Shown: one piece after another, positions 63,592 to 64,000 of the stretch | Numbering within the stretch: the stretch's first letter is position 1 | Layout of the letters: the number at the start of each line of letters is the position of its first letter | Source: a candidate division FCPU426 bacterium | GTDB taxonomy: Bacteria > Oederibacteriota > Muellerivitia > Muellerivitales > Muellerivitaceae | Direction: 5' to 3' | DNA length: 64,000 nucleotides | Assembly: GCA_963719085.1 (NCBI GenBank) | Contig: CAVRAL010000005.1 | Coordinates: forward strand, 128,001 to 192,000 | Program-made: the position numbers and the translations under genes | The notes under the pieces: model-generated | The model's input: only the letters and a program-made list of their open reading frames with translations | What the model was told of the DNA's origin: nothing | Databases searched by the model: none

Positions 63592-63753
63592 ATGAAATTT
63601 TCGGGCTGGTTCATCGGCCAAAAGGGCCAAACAAACCTCGGCTATATCCTCCTCGGGGTAGCGCTGACCATCGGCGTTATTTTTTTGGTGGAATACATCC
63701 ACCATGAAAACGGCGATATCGAGATTCACCCGCCGCACGTGGAAGTGCATTAG
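63592..63753 (+). CDS. 53-aa single-pass membrane protein (not in the ORF track)
   Basis: AAAGG RBS. MKFSGWFIGQKGQTNLGYILLGVALTIGVIFLVEYIHHENGDIEIHPPHVEVH*. Confidence 0.65.
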   Translation: MKFSGWFIGQKGQTNLGYILLGVALTIGVIFLVEYIHHENGDIEIHPPHVEVH

Positions 63754-63804
63754 TCCGATAAACTTTTGCCGGTCTTTTTAAACTACTTGATGGGGGAATG
63801 AAAA

Positions 63805-63987
63805 ATGATTACAGGCTTACTGGGTTTACTGATATTTATCGGCGACATCGTGGCGATCGTCTCCATCCTGCAAAGCAAAGCGGAAACGACGGCCAAACTC
63901 TTATGGTGTCTTTTGGTTCTGGCGCTTCCCGTGTTAGGGCTCATTATTTGGTTTTTGGCCGGCCCGCGGAATGTATCCGCCCGCTGA
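63805..63987 (+). CDS. Stand-alone PLDc N-terminal domain membrane protein
   Basis: DIVAIVSIL...KLLWCLLVLALPVLGLIIWFLAGPR. Confidence 0.85.
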   Translation: MITGLLGLLIFIGDIVAIVSILQSKAETTAKLLWCLLVLALPVLGLIIWFLAGPRNVSAR

Positions 63988-64000
63988 GACAAAAACCTTC

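Overview
A GC-rich (about 60%) diderm bacterial window with two main blocks. Block 1 (1-29.7 kb, almost all minus strand) is a surface-export locus. It encodes a PorV-like barrel, a FlgD-Ig/NHL lipoprotein, a LysM plus SprA-motif outer-membrane barrel, a DUF1573 protein, a LolA-like protein, an AT-rich pair of secreted proteins and a giant multidomain surface protein. The ORF track shows only 3080 aa of the giant. A second minus-strand frame is open from about 10,650 to the left edge, so the gene is probably at least 6,580 codons with one +1 frameshift near 10,563. It carries an apparently inactivated lipase fold, nested Ig/FN3/FlgD domains, beta-propellers, a CBM3-like domain and Thr/Pro stalks. 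Together this looks like a reduced, type IX-related export system with a giant cargo. Block 2 (34-64 kb) is a stress and envelope gene cluster: Dps, rubredoxin-like, GlsB/YeaQ, lmo0937, two YceI, AI-2E, cardiolipin synthase, PRC-barrel, DUF2934, SSADH and cyclic beta-1,2-glucan synthase. It surrounds a XylR/V4R-type sigma54 activator, and I find five -24/-12 promoters plus a recurring paired ATCA-N3-TGAT enhancer-like motif. Between the blocks lie GH12, a metallophosphoesterase, msrB and a TupA-like ATP-grasp gene. No rRNA, tRNA, CRISPR array or transposase was seen. All family assignments are by-eye motif recognition, not database results.
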